A stretch of 64,000 nt of DNA. Source: Hydrolagus colliei (lineage: Eukaryota). The stretch spans positions 5,084,001-5,148,000 of the forward strand of contig CM068759.1 of the NCBI GenBank assembly GCA_035084275.1. Direction: 5' to 3'. The position numbers and the translations under genes were made by a program. Below, in pieces: positions 38,180-51,859 of this stretch (its first letter is position 1; every line of letters starts with the position of its first letter). The notes under the pieces were generated by a model, which searched no databases, was not told where the DNA came from, and worked only from the letters and a program-made list of their open reading frames with translations.

Positions 38180-38432
38180 TGGATTGACTGTGTATTTAGT
38201 TGGCGAATTATGGAAGGCAATACTGCACAGCGGTGTCCCGCAAACAATTATGGATTGCGGGATCCAATTTGTTTTGTTGAGGGATTGTTACCCTTGAACA
38301 GCAATCTGTCGATCGATTAACCACCGGGTTCTTACTTCTTACTAGGTAAAGGGAGGCATGTGGAGTAAGGAAACTTGCCTAAGTTTGCCCAGCCCGGGAA
38401 TCAAATCTGTTATCCTCTCACTTGTAAGGGAG
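38180..38432 (-). mobile_element. SINE family A (long form), tail missing
   Basis: gtgtcccgcaaac..gagggattgtt..accaccgggttcttactt..ggagtaaggaaacttgcc..gggaatcaaatc. Confidence 0.8.
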
Positions 38433-40639
38433 GACTGGGGAGCTGGAAATGAAGGATGGGATGTGTGCTGGGAATGGTATTGCTAATGATATGCAAGAAG
38501 CAAATCCACTGTAACCGTTCTGCTGATCTTCCCAGGGCATATGTAGAAAAGCACCATCTGACTTGTCAAGATATCAGATGAGCTTCTTCAACATCCCAAA
38601 GAATTTATAACTGGTTGAATTTATCTGCTTGATTATATCTGTGCTCAGAAGGGTTCTTAGGATTAAGTGGTGGAGCCTCTGGCTCACCGTGTGTTTAGGC
38701 CGTAACCAATTTTTGCCATCAGCCAATTCTCTAGTGTTCCATCTGTTGCGAACATTCAGGGCACAGATGTTTGAGTCCGAATGAATGAGCTGTACGTGGA
38801 AAACCATAATTCGCCCACACGAGGCGATTTAATTTTTGGCAACTCTTGTGAATTGACTATTTGTGGAATTCAATCAGTTCCAATTAGGGTTTTCAAAGAC
38901 ACTGCAGGTACGTGTCATATCTCCATAGGTGTAACACCCAGTAAGCTAACAATGGTATGAGACCTTTGTCTAATTTCTAGTTGCTGCTCAGTTCTAAAGT
39001 ACTGTACACAACATTCCCCCGTATACAGAAAGCATCCGTGTGTTCTGTTTTACACAAGATGACAAAGATGATCAACTGGTTCCTGTACAATCCTGAAAAT
39101 TCCCTGGAAGGATCTTGCAGCACACAAATTAATCACAACTGTCGCCTTTGTGACTACTGGCAATGCAGAAAAAAATACCAATTGTGTTTGCAAATCAATC
39201 TACAGTACGTGACATAATTTCGCTGATGAGCTAACATTTCCTCGGGTGCTGATTTCCAGTGAGTCAGATCGTCAGTTCTTAAACAATACACTCTATGCTC
39301 AGACTAAAACCTTGCCCTGCTCTTACTTCTGGGTTTCATGCTCTGTAGATGTTGCCCCCGCATGAAATAACACCAAACAACTGTTTGTTAGAGCCCTTGG
39401 TGCAAAGCAAGTAAAGGCTCCGCTTCTAAGTACATTTTTATAATGCTCTGGTGGGCTTTCTTGGTGCTAGTGTTTAACAAAGGAATTTGTGTTTGAAGAT
39501 TGTAATTGGGCAGTACTTATTAGTTTAATTGTCTCTTAATGATTCTGGCGGTAACTATTACCACTGGTCATTAAGAGTGGGTAGAAAATGCAAACTGGCA
39601 GTAATTCTCCCAACAGTAGATTTAATGACACAAATATCACTGGCATTAAATCAAACAAAATACTTCTAACGAAAAGGAAATATCTAATCCAAATCTCTTT
39701 ACCTGGATCCATTGCCCTGTTCATGAAATTCCAAATGAGGGGAATATTTTGCTCTGTATTTTCGCTGTCTAAAATGGTTTGGGGTTTGAACTTGGCTGGT
39801 ATAAAAACTAGATTATGCTCACTTCATATTTTTCAGTATTGGTTTAAATGATTATCTGGCTTCATTCTTAATTCTTAATTACTTAAAGTTTTGTAATTGT
39901 GTCTGCTTATTATTAATTTTCCCCGTTAGTGTAGCATGCTAATTAGCTGTACCATTAGGATAGGTCTGGGGCAAAAACAGAATGCAATTTAAACATTATC
40001 ATTACTGATTTATGTGTTATAATAATCAAAAACGCAATTAGAACTGGAATGAATCACAATTCTGACCTTAAAATGTCCATTCATTCAATTGCTAGAAAAT
40101 ATGTTAAATAATTACCATAAATAACAATCAAAACAGTATAGATGTTGTGTGCAAAAATATTAAGATGACTCTGCATTTAAAAATCCCAGATATTTGGACT
40201 CTCCTGAATTTATTTAACGAACCTGAAAAGAGCCACAATTCACAAGTGCTACAGATGCAGTGTAAATAATGCAGCCTTTCTCGTAACTGAAATAAATTTG
40301 TAATGCTGCTTCTTCACTCCCGTTTTAATGCCTGAGAAGTTAGTTCTGTTTCTTAAATATTTAAAAGCTAGGTTTAAAGCTAATTAGGCAGTATGGTACC
40401 CAGCTTGGAAAGAATAGCGAAGAAAACGAGCTGGGTGAACAAGCTGAGTAGGTGAGACCAACCTCAATGTGCTTGTAGATTGTAACCTACAGATAATAGA
40501 AGGAAGGCAAATCTGCCAGAGGTAAGGAATTCCCCCATGCCTAAGATTCTAGGAAAGAATAAATTAAACTCTTGTGTGATGATTTTTGGTAACAGCTTGA
40601 AAAGTACTTGCTAAATTGAGACCTGCCCTAACTTTCACC

Positions 40640-40748
40640 TAAAAATATGCAGTCAATTCACTTTACAGTATATTCTGTGAAGCACTTTGAGACGTCGATA
40701 AGATGGGAAAAGTGCTGTAACAAATGCAGGGATTATTATTATTATTAT
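40640..40748 (+). mobile_element. SINE 3' tail
   Basis: cagtcaattcactttacagtatattctgtgaagcactttgagacgtc..aaatgcagggattattatt. Confidence 0.88.
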
Positions 40749-40799
40749 AACTAGGTATTGCCACACCGTGTTGATGATATGTCGACCTATGTATATGTT

Positions 40800-41125
40800 G
40801 TCAGCCTGGCTCAGTTGGTAGAGCCCTGTATCATCAGAGGTGCTGTCCTTTAGATGAGACGATAACTGAGGCCCTGTGTTTTCAGATGAACACTGAGATC
40901 CTGTGACACTATTTGAAATAAGAAGGCAATTTCTCCTGGTACCTTGGCCAATAATCCTCATTCACGTCATGGCTGTTTGTCATGGAAATTGCTGTGTGCA
41001 AATTGGCTGCAACATTCACCTACAAAATGCACAATCGCTACACTTAACAGGAATTACTGTAAAAATACTTTGAGATGTCTCAACGTTATTGACACTATAA
41101 TCAATGGCAAGGATTATTATATTAT
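40800..41125 (+). mobile_element. DeuSINE with deleted tRNA 3' half
   Basis: gtcagcctggctcagttggtag..gaggtgctgtcctttagatgagacg..cactatttgaa..ggccaata..gctgtgtgcaaattggctgc..gcaaggattatt. Confidence 0.85.
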
Positions 41126-43984
41126 CCAGAATGAACACATTGAAACAAAGAAGCTAACAGGATAATTTGGGTTATCTTTGAAAAAGATTTCTTTCTTTTG
41201 AACCAAGATAATATGTGTTGTGTTCGAAAAAGATTTTTGAATTTGATGATACCTGAACACCCACTTCAACATTAAATAGATGCAAAGAATTGTGCCTGAA
41301 CCTTTAACAGCCTCCGTCTTTGCTGTTGCGTTTCTGTTGACTTTGTGAATAGTTTGTTTAAACAATGAGTGTTGATGGTATAATCATAGGCGTAGTTGGT
41401 TTTGAATAGTGAGGGAGCTCAGCTGATGGAGTTGAATAATTTCAGATACAGTCATTAACCTAAGCTGTTTTAATTACTGCCATTATATGTTAACTGTTAT
41501 ATTTACTCACCTACTGGTGCGAACAAAAGCATATTAAATAATATTGCCTCACTTGTGGAACCTTGCATTGTGAGCTGCGTTGGCTGCCCACATTATACAA
41601 TCAAAATTTCTATAACTAGAAAGTGCACAAATATTATGTATTTCATGTACGTAGCAAAACATCCATACAGATGGTACAATAATATGTTCTCAGTAACATC
41701 TAATCTAGCTACTTGCATAGCTCTGGCATGATTCAGGGAATGGACTCCAACCAAATACTGTAAAATATTATGGTTTTGATGTGCATCTTAGCATCGTCAC
41801 TTCATGATGGGTTTTCATCTTGTGAAGCATTCAAAAAGTTAGATTGGAACCAACAGAATGATTGATTTATTTGAACCAAGATCCTCGGGTGGATCGCGGA
41901 GGTGATTTTGTCCCATGTTAGCCTACAGGTATGGAAATAAAACATATCACTGATCATTCACACTCCATCTAGTGGCTACAACGAGGTGTCAAAAGACCAC
42001 CAAATGAGCCAAGTGAGCAAGTATTTTCAGCCTTCTGGACATGGAGGCCAATTGTTGTACCATTTCCACTGAATTACAAAGCTGCCACACCTTGCAAGTT
42101 TCACTATTATTCAATTGCAGCCAATGGTGACATTAAGAGACCTTTCAGTTCCACTTTTGAAGATGGTATCCCACTCCACATTCTTGTAAGACACATGTGG
42201 AATGAATGTCTTTGGGTCAAAATTTGGATGGGTCGGATTGTACTGAAACCTCACAATGTTATTTTGTTAAACAGTGATATAACTTCCGAATGGTTTTTGC
42301 TTGGACATACTGAAACCCTACAGCTAATGTCATTGTCTGACACTTAGATGTATAGTGTGTAACATAAGATGTACAAACTAACTAACAGCTTCTCAGCATC
42401 TCGGAACAAATTGCTAACGGTGACTGGGATTAGAAGTTTCCAGAAACGTTACAGGCAATAACATTGTTCCTTGATACTTACTAAGTATTAGATTGTAAAG
42501 CCTTGAATATACTGCCCCAAATATAAACAGTTTCAGTTTATGCATTGTAAGAATAAAATAATTCAGTAAGGTAAGCAATCTGTGATTCCCCAAAGCCTCT
42601 TCACCCATTAGGGAAATAAAGCTCAAAAGAGAACAATAGAGGATAAATGAGCAGGTCGATAACTACTAACAAAGGGCAGAGCATAGGTGTATTAATGTGG
42701 AATGTAGGTGTAGCAGGGGAATTGTTGTCCAGGTTCACATTCAGGAGCTTCATGATTCAACAAGCGCAGGCCAGAGCTGCTGGATTTCCACTTCACAGTT
42801 TCTAGCCTTTGACTGCCTGGTTAGTGGGACACCAGTTTTTTACCAAAGGGGAAAAAAAACCCTCCACAACGCATGTACCTAACCACCTCACCGTGAACGG
42901 CCACGTTCACTGAGCTCAAAGTCCAAATATCTTGAGGGCTTCGGGTTCTCCAAATTCACCACCGAGGACAGGGTTTCAGGGAATGGGGGCGGGAGGTTAC
43001 CTTCGCTCCATATCATGTGCACCCGAAATCTTTCTCCACTGTGGAACCTGAGGGAAAGGCATCCGTTATACTTAAAGTCGTCTTTACGATTCGTTAGAGT
43101 ATTTAGCGTATCATTTCTGCCACCAAGGTGGTAAATTTCACTCCGACTGCACCCCTCCCCCCCCACCCGCACCGCTTTTGCCTGAAGGACACCTTACACC
43201 CCTGACGTACTAACACACAGCACTAAAGCTGAGGGTATCAGTAGGAATCAAACTCACATCTGTACCAGTTTAGCAGAGTTTAGCAATTAGAAACTGTCTA
43301 ATAATTTTGAGTGGATATTTCTCCTATTATGCTCTTTTCACTTAGCATCACTTCTTGTACAAGCCAAATTACAATCCGCGGGCAATATTACTTTTCTCGA
43401 CGAGATCAGGGAAGTCAAAGGTGTTTTCTTCTACTGTCTCCAGTTCTCACACGCTGAGCACCGTGAACCCAATTAACAGTGACGCATAGTCCAGACTCTT
43501 TTAGTGAGGTGCGATGCTCTATCAACCACTGCCTGTGTGCCAAGCCACCTGTTAGCTTTAATAGAAGTCAAAGAGATTGAGAGAAATTAATTTCTTAAAA
43601 AGTGAAAGTGTTTTCCGACAAATTGCTACAGTAGTTAATTAAAGAAATGGCAAACCTGTTTACACAAAGCACAGTGGTTTATTTAGCAGTTAATCTGCTT
43701 TTTCCAGGGGGGGGAAAAAAATGATTTTCTGCCCTCTCCGTCATCTTTCAGAGTTAATGGTAAACTTGGCAGCAACTAAGACGGGTGGGTGTCAAAATGT
43801 CACTAATTACCTGACTATTACAAGCCATTATTGGTGAGGTCTACAGCTTTTCAAAGTGCCCCCAACATACAGTGGTAAAAATAGTTGTTCATTATCTCTG
43901 TGCATGCACGATTTTATGCGTCCATGCAATTAGTAAAACAAAATTCTGCAAATCTCGCTCTCGTTCTTGTCTCAAGTGTATTTG

Positions 43985-44105
43985 GTGTTTCGCCCACAAG
44001 CTCCACAATCAATCCATTTTACAGTATATTCAGTGAAGCTCTTTGAGATGTCTCAACCACATGCGAAGGTGCTGCATCAAATGCATGGATCATTATTATT
44101 ATTAG
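43985..44105 (+). mobile_element. SINE 3' tail
   Basis: gtttcgcccac..ttacagtatattcagtgaagctctttgagat..aaatgcatggatcattattatt. Confidence 0.8.
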
Positions 44106-46324
44106 AAACAGATTGCTGCGATAAGAGACTTGGATTTACATGGTGAACATGACACATGAGATATCTCAGCCACCATAAAATTGAACCGCACCTGCTCTCA
44201 TTCAGGAGCTGTCATCTTATAGAAAACATGAGCAATCAGTTGCAAAGTTATCAGAAAAATATACTAACTGGTCGATCACGCCAGTATTCCGTGTGTAATA
44301 ATGCGTTAGTTACAAAAAGGCTTTCTTTAATAGAGAAGCTGGAATTTTAGCGTTGTTCCCCAGGTCGGTTTGTTGTGTGTGTCTGGTTTCTGGACGAATC
44401 TCTTGGATTCTTGGTTAAGAGAGAATCAATTGGAATTTTTATAAAGCCAAATAAACCGATACTTTGGAAGTAGGGGAATAGGAGCATGAAGAAAACGCAG
44501 GGAAATGGGATTAAAGGATCTGTCGTGACCTAATGAACTTGTGGAAAAGTGTGCTTGCTGGATGGATGAGAGGCCTGTTCTCGTGTTGCTTGGAAATCCT
44601 GTTAGAAATTGCCTCACACCAGATCCCAGTGTATGTTTACATGGTGCAGAACCTATTCAGATCATGGTCGGCCCTGCATCGTCCTCTCAAAACGCGCTCA
44701 ATTTCATACCATAGAGCCGGTTCCCTGGTATTTTCCTAAGTATAAAAATATTCTACTGCTACAAAGGGTAAATTGCACACTCTAGGGAAACTTTCGAGGA
44801 ACATTTCTGCAGCCTGAGTGGTTTAGCACTTGCAGACTCACTCGCATGAGGATCGTGCACGGCGGAAGACTAATTGCACTGGATCATGAACACTATTATT
44901 TATAAAAGGAGGTGTAACAGGCCTTTACACACGTGAGAGGCTCCTTTGAAGGAAGTACAATAGAGACACCAATTATTTAAATGTTTTCACTTGATCTGAC
45001 AGCCATCTGAAAATTCATGTTAAATACAGATTTGCTCTGAAATGTAATGTGGAAAGCACTCTCTCCGTGCATATTCACCAGAAGTGTTTTCAGTGGAATA
45101 AGGAGCACATTACTTCGGCTAATGCTAAATGGTGCTGATAAAATAATTTGCATATTGTATGCTTGAGCAAACTGCAGTCTACAATAAATAGATCACTAAA
45201 GACGGAGATCCTGCTCTTACCTGTTATAGCTCAGTAGATACTCAAAGGATTAAATGGCTACAAGTCAACTCGTTCCGATGGGAAAGGTCGTTGGATTTTC
45301 AAGGAAATAGGTGAGGATGTGGTTTGTATCGTGGGAGGTGTCTAATGGCAGGTGTTTTCAGGTATACAATGTTGAGGAAGGATCACACAGCAAATTTAGT
45401 CAGTTTAAATACAGATGAGAGTATTTTTTGCTGTTAAGACTCCCCTGAATGACATTATTTGTTTGTTTTTTCTTCGACAGTTGCCGTAGAGGTCTTAGCT
45501 TATTGCTTTTGTGTTGCCTTTTTCTATTTATAACAGACCGTAAATGGAGCCAGGTTTTGACGGTAAACAGGAATAAAACAGTAATTAAGTACGCGCAAAG
45601 TAAAAAGACACTTTGATAGATGATTTGCGTTCAGGTAATCCCAAGGAAAACTGTATCAAATGAGGGGTTTATCATCATTATTATGATAACAATGCATTTT
45701 CATAGCAAAATAATTCTATTAATTCTATTCCCGAATGGCTCATTGAACACAAAACCAAACTTACTTCTAAAATTAGCGCAATTGAATATATCAGGGAAAA
45801 ACATTGATTTAGGACACTCCGTGAAATTTTTATTGACACAGAAATATCCAGTACAGCAGCTGGGGAACATCAGATAGTTGTTTTGTGTTGGTGACAGTGG
45901 TAATAAGAAGAAAATGGTTGAACATCAATAACTGAATGCTCTCTCAAGCTATGAATGATGCTGAGAACCAGGATCAGCTGAGTTAATGGTGATTACTTGT
46001 GATCGAGGAAACTGGCACATTTTAGAAAACTGACCACACTTCTTAAACTTAGATCAGCCTTGACAACCTACGGCAATATATTTGAGCCATTGTCCTGCTG
46101 AAATATGTGGCAGCCTACAAAATGACCATTGATCTGTGGTAATATACAATAGTTGCAGTGATGGTGAAGATGTTTGTATCACTGAATATAAATAACATGC
46201 TTTGGGACTCATTCAAGTATCTAACCCCTTTGTGCACTCCTATTATTTTTATTTTAAACTAGTAATCCGTATCAAAATGGAATTTAAAAAAAAATTATAT
46301 ATTGCTTACCTAGTTTGCTGTTTT

Positions 46325-46655
46325 GAAGCGCTCTGAGACGCCGTCTGGCGTGGAGGGCGCTATATAAATTGAAGTTGTTGTTGCTGATATTTGTTTCTTT
46401 AATGGTTGTCCTGCAAAATATGGGATTTCCTCTTCGCTCATTCAATTGACCTCTGTGTTTTGCCCACAAAATATACAGTCAATTCACTTTAAAGTATATT
46501 CTGTGAAGTGCTCTGAGGCATCTCGATGACATGGTAAAGTGCTATATCAAACACAAGGATTATTATTATTATTTCCTTGCTCAGTGTCTGACGCTGTCTT
46601 TGTAAGGCACTCCGAGATATCATCCTACCTGAAGGGCACTAGATAATGCAAGTAC
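46325..46655 (+). mobile_element. Cluster of three SINE/L2 tail fragments (about 46325-46385, 46455-46572, 46600-46655)
   Basis: Each has the gcgct/gtgct..gaga..aaggcgct tail; ends are (ttg)n or (att)n. Confidence 0.75.
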
Positions 46656-46697
46656 TGTGCTGTGGTGTTACCTCTTTTTTAGAGTGGAACAAAGGGA

Positions 46698-46832
46698 CAG
46701 CTACAATTAGCTTCTATTTTAGGTTTAGAGAGTGGAAAATCAGCCAGCTTCCACTTCAAATGTCTACCCGGTGATCCCTTATAGAGGTGCAATGGTGTGG
46801 ACGGGTGAAGCCAGCATTTGACTTGGCTGCGG
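46698..46832 (+). mobile_element. Ancient repeat family B fragment
   Basis: gctacaattagc..ggaaaatcagccag..gtgtggac..acttggctgcg; similar to the reverse complement of 53285-53410. Confidence 0.5.
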
Positions 46833-46979
46833 AGTCTGCACTTGAATGAGCAGCCTGCCAAGGTTCACACTTGATGTAACTTCAACCCTAGTGGAAGGTA
46901 AAAAGTCAGTGGGGGCAGCGGAGAAAACTGATCAACAAAAACAAATACTCTGTTAGTTACATGGAGCGATGTGGCACGG

Positions 46980-47418
46980 AAAGAAGCCATCTGGCTGAAC
47001 TAGTCTGTGCCTATGTTTATACTCCACACACCCTCTACCACTCCTATTCCACTCTCCGACAACCCCCTTATTCCCTGATGGGTAATCATGTATGCATCAA
47101 GTTGTCTCTAATGTACACTGATCTCCTAAAGTCCCTGTTGGATCCAGGAGTGACCATCTTATATTTATGCTGTGGAAACAGCCTATCACCCATCTGTCTT
47201 TTTAAATCCTTTCATAATCTTTAACACCTCTATCAGGTGCCACCCTCAGTCATTTTATCTCTAGAGAAAAAAGCTGTAACTCGTGCAATCTTTCTCGATA
47301 GTTGAATCCACTCATACCTGATAACATCTTTGTAAACCCTAGCTGTACACTCTCCAGAGTTATATCTTTACTGCAATATGGTGATCAGAAATGCACACTG
47401 TATACATCAGTCGTGGTA
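46980..47418 (-). mobile_element. CR1 LINE ORF2 C-terminal region and 3' end
   Basis: Minus translation YSVHF*SPYCSKDI..LESVQLGFTKMLSGMSGFNYRERLHELQLFSLE matches the CR1 motif EYCVQFWSP..KDI..LERVQRRFT.M.PG....Y.ERL..L.LFSLE. Confidence 0.9.
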
Positions 47419-48699
47419 AGAGGTAAGAAATGATAACGCCCATAAGATACTTTCCATTAGGACTGATGATTCCTTCATTTTCAAGTGTTGAGAACACACC
47501 AAGATTGTCCTGAAATCCCGCATTGTGCAATGGAAAGGATATTTTAGCGTGCTGTGAATTATAAGTCAGTCCTCAAAATTTTGTGTTTTTTTTTTTAAAC
47601 TAGCAATTACAGATTATAGGATTAGTGTTAAATTCTAGTCTTTTTAATAGCTTGTAAATACGGTATGGAATTTACCTAATTACAGCACTACGGAGTGGAA
47701 ATGAAATCAAAGCAAAGGATCTCTGCAAATAGCTCGGAAATTACAGGCTGCTGCAAGTGGCACAAATGTGATGGCAGATATATGCTGCTGGTGGCATGCA
47801 GTCTGACACCAGTAATACTCAGAAGGGTGTAACAATGCAGTGCGACGGTGTAGGTGTCCTCTGCTTTTATGGAGGTTACAGACTAGACTTGTCATGTATT
47901 ACTTACATTCGCTGCGGAGAGATATAGATGCAGCTGCCCAAAAGTGCTGTCACGTTAGGAATCTAATGGCCCTTTCTGCAAGCAGATATCACGCTAACTT
48001 TGCGAGTCCTGAGGGTGGCATTTATGCGTTTAGCCGCTAAATCCTATTTTTTCACTTTACATGGCAATGTTGTTGTGCTCTTTTGACCTATTTTCATGAA
48101 TAATTACCACCATTTTGCGACGTAGAATCTCCCTCAACCGACAACAGGAATGCTACTAAATGGCAGTAAATCTGAAAGCTATCGGACATCAGTGCATTTT
48201 ACTCAGGGCTCATCCGATGTCCTGTTTGAGTGGGAAATAATTTGATTTACTTTGTGCTGTGGCCGCGGTCGAACATTGTGTGACCAAATTCTTTATAAGG
48301 ATAAATTATTTCTCTGAGGCAAGGAAAACCTTCCTGAGGGTTTCCGGTGATCTGTAAAACTAGCAATTTTTTCTTACGATTTTCCATTGCAATAAAAAGA
48401 ATCCCTGGTTTAATATTTAGGCCTGCCTTTGCTGCCGCTAAAATAATAGACAAAGACCTTGTTTCGAGTTTCAAAGCAAAAATTGCACATAATCATGTGA
48501 ATTGTTTAACTGCGAAATGGTGGCCACAAATATACATTTGTAACTGAAAAAAACTGCCACACCGACATATATTCTGAGAGATGGGTGGGCAGGTCTTCTG
48601 CTGCAGAAATATGGCTTTGTGTCTGGGGAGCAGATGACCAAACCGGCAAAGGCTTTTTCAAGCAGAGTTTCTTTTTAGCGGGCTGAAATAGTATTAATC

Positions 48700-48817
48700 A
48701 TAATAATAATAATCCTTGCATTTGATATAGCGTCTTATCATGTTATTGAGATGGCTCAAAGTGCTTCACAGAATATACAGTAAAGTAGAGTGGACAGTGT
48801 ATTTTGTGGGCAAAATG
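48700..48817 (-). mobile_element. SINE 3' tail
   Basis: aataatccttgcatttgatatagcg..ctcaaagtgcttcacagaatata. Confidence 0.85.
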
Positions 48818-48887
48818 TAATCACTGCACTGCTCCAGAAATTTGGCACCGTATTTCCTCTATCTCTTGAGTTGTTTCGTGTCAATTA

Positions 48888-49254
48888 TGGCTCAGTGATG
48901 GTACTATTGCCTACAGGTTAGAAAATTGTGGGTTTGAACACCATGCTAGGACTTGAGGTTCCAATTTAAACTCTGCACAGCGGGCGAGGGCAGGGTTATC
49001 TGAATAGCCATTGCTCGGATGACATGTCAAATCAAGGTACCGTTTGCTAGGCTGTAAAAGAACCAAGGAGATTATTCAAGAAGAGAAGGGGAATTTCAAA
49101 AGTATGAACAACACGTCTAGATGAACTGTTCACAGTTGTTCACAGGAATCCGCTGGCATAAATAGAGGCCGTTTTGTCTGCAGAAAGAGTCACTACTGTC
49201 ACTTGATAGAGATTACATGCAAAAGGTTTTGGAATATGATAAAGCACCATAACA
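48888..49254 (+). mobile_element. Highly degraded DeuSINE; tail interrupted by a family A SINE
   Basis: tggctcagt..gtgggtttgaac..ggacttgag..cggatgacatgtcaaatcaagg..attattcaagaagagaagggga; tail aaagcaccataaca resumes as atgcagag at 49631. Confidence 0.6.
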
Positions 49255-49624
49255 GTGGAGTCCTGTAGCTCAGTGGTTAGAGCACTCGCCTCGTAAGCAG
49301 GAGACCAGGGTTTGATTCTTGGCAGAGTAAAATGCTGGGCAAGTTTCCTTACTCCATATCTTTACTTACTCCACATCCTCTATTTACCTAGCAGAAAGTA
49401 GGAACTTGGCAATTGGTGGATCGCTTTTCCAGGGGGGGGGTAATAATTCCTTCAAAAAAACTAATAAACTGGTAACTTCAATCCACGACTGTGAAATATT
49501 GCTGGGCTGCCAGGTTTCGTCCACAAAATATGCAATCAATTCACTTAACAGTACCTTTTGTAAAGTGCTTCGAGTCATCTCAAAGATGTGATAAGGCACT
49601 ATTTCAAATGCAAGGATTATTATT
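49255..49624 (+). mobile_element. Full-length SINE family A (long form) with 6-bp TSD ATAACA
   Basis: ggagtcctgtagctcagtggttagagcactcgcc..gggtttgattc..tail aaatgcaaggattattatt; ATAACA at 49249-49254 and 49625-49630. Confidence 0.9.
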
Positions 49625-50500
49625 ATAACAATGCAGAGTTTTGCTTTTTTACTTTGACAAGATTCTGTAGGCAAATAAAAAGAATAATTAGCATTTTTTT
49701 TAACTGGGATTGAGTGGGTCTGCCATTTTGAATGAAAGAACTCAAAGGGCATAATAACAGCAGGAAAAGACAGGGAAAAGATCCCATAGTGTATGCAACT
49801 TCAAATACAGTAAACGAACGAGGTCCTCCTTCACAGATCCCAATGAGCAAGCAATACACCATCTATTTAATTATTCTTTACAAATGTTTAGCAGACCTTG
49901 AAAGCGTATTTGTTTCAAAACGTTCCAAGTACATGCCATTCATTTTGCTTTTGAAGAGAGAGAGAGAGAATTCAGGGAGTAAGCAAATCATCGAATTTAA
50001 CAAATGGGTGCAATTAACGACAGTTCAGATTTCGAGTTGGGATTTTAGCCCTTGGATACGTGGGCATTTGTTTTCAATTTGAAAGAGGTGTAACCCAGAA
50101 ATGCTTCCACTTGCGTCAAGAGATTTTTTGTTTGTCCTTGTGCGATGGGAGCGTAGACACAAAGGGGGATGCGGGATAATACTGGTAACAGCTTAGAACA
50201 GCCGAATCAGTTTCCACAGCAACCAATTGTCCTGATGTCATTTGTAGCTTGGATGACTCACGAATATCAGAGATTGCAGCAGAAATCAAACGGCTTTCGT
50301 GCTTTATTACAATGAAGGTGTTTTTTTTTTCCCCCGACAGGTTCGAAAAAGCATTGTGCGAAAGGTTTTATATGGAGATAACATGGTTACAATGTTCAGT
50401 AAACATCCTCGACGCAAGGCTCTCGTGTGCCATTAGTTGACGCCAATAGACCATTGGCTTCCAGAGCGACACTGTCCACAACGTAAACTGCAACGAGACT

Positions 50501-50908
50501 GATCCTTGCATTTGGTATGACATCTTTCTCATCGGGAGGACGCCCCAAAGCACATCACAGGATTTACTGTCTACTGTCTAATGACAACCTCGACAACCAA
50601 TTTGCACGCAGTAATGCCCCACAAACAGTTATGACATTTATCTGGGAATTTGTTGGCCAGGACACTGGGAGAAACTCTCTTCTCTTTTTGGTGCTACGAG
50701 ATCTTTAATATCCACCAAAATAGGCAGCTGGGAACTCATTTTATTAAAGGTTCATCCGAAGAACGGCACCTCTGACAATACAGAGCACTCCCAGCACTGC
50801 ACTGGCCTATCAACCTGTACGATACGAGTTCAAAAGCCCGGGGTTGGACTGGAACTTATAATCTTCAGACTCGGAGGCGATAGTGCTGCCCACTGAGCCA
50901 GGCTGACA
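50501..50908 (-). mobile_element. Near full-length DeuSINE
   Basis: Reverse head cactgagccaggctgac; Deu core tcatccgaagaacggcacctctgaca..gcactcccagcactgcactgg; ttggccaggacactggg; tail gatccttgcattt. Confidence 0.88.
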
Positions 50909-51859
50909 CTCCGTGCCTGAATGCTTCTGGAGAACTCTGAACTGCCCAGCTCTCTTTTAAAAGAAGCTAGTCCAAAGTGAAAAGCAGTTGACGGGCATCT
51001 CACAGTTACACGTTCTGTCAGAATTCTAATGAAGAAAAGCAAATTGCATCATCCCAGCGCCAGAGGTCCGAATGAGGTTTGGGGTGATTTAGTTAAGTAC
51101 AGTACAAACAAAAACAAAAAGGTGGTAAAATTGACGCCCTTGGCTTATTCACAATAATACAGAGTGGAGTTTTTCTATAATTGAGACCTTTTTTTTCCCC
51201 TGACAGTTTCAAAATTATGATCTACGTGTAAAAGCTTTTACTTGCAGACTACATCAAATTGTCAAAAAAAAAAGGCACTTGCAATGTAAAATCACCGCTG
51301 ACTATCATTCTCCCTTGCCATCAAAATCGTAATTGCATCAAGTCTAAATGAAGCTTTGATAGATGTTTGAAAGGCCTCAATTAAAAAAAAGTTACAGTTG
51401 CTGAATAAAGGATAATACTTCCAAATTACTTTCCAGTGCTCCAATAGTTTTCCCTGTCAATGATATGATGTCTTATATGCATATGAACCTCATTGAAATA
51501 GTGTGTTCACGAATGACAAGCTATGCGCTTTTAACTGGTTAAACCTCCAGCGGTTACCCCAGCGCACATTATAGGGTCTCCCAACCATGGCTCTTGGGAA
51601 CTCGGGCCAAATACTCTCCGGAATAAGGTTAGCAAGGTACGTCCCTCTATGGAGAGAGTGCACATTTTATTCCACACATGGGAATTTCCATGTGTAAGGA
51701 GATATATGGTTTGAATACTCTGAAGCATGATGAAAAGTTTACGCACGTGTCAGACATCTGGCTGAAGTCAGTTTCAAAGTACTGATGAATGGCATCTTGC
51801 CTCACAGTGAATGTTTATTTCCGATTGCACAGCGCTGATGTTTGATTGTGGCAAATGCT

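Noticed and set aside
45044-45113. Nested inverted repeats gtaatgtg/cacattac
   Set aside because: Short arms with a large asymmetric bulge; not distinguishable from chance.
49255-49330. tRNA-like sequences with A and B boxes (also 4757, 31354, 59034)
   Set aside because: They continue directly into SINE bodies and lack a proper acceptor stem, so they are SINE heads rather than tRNA genes.
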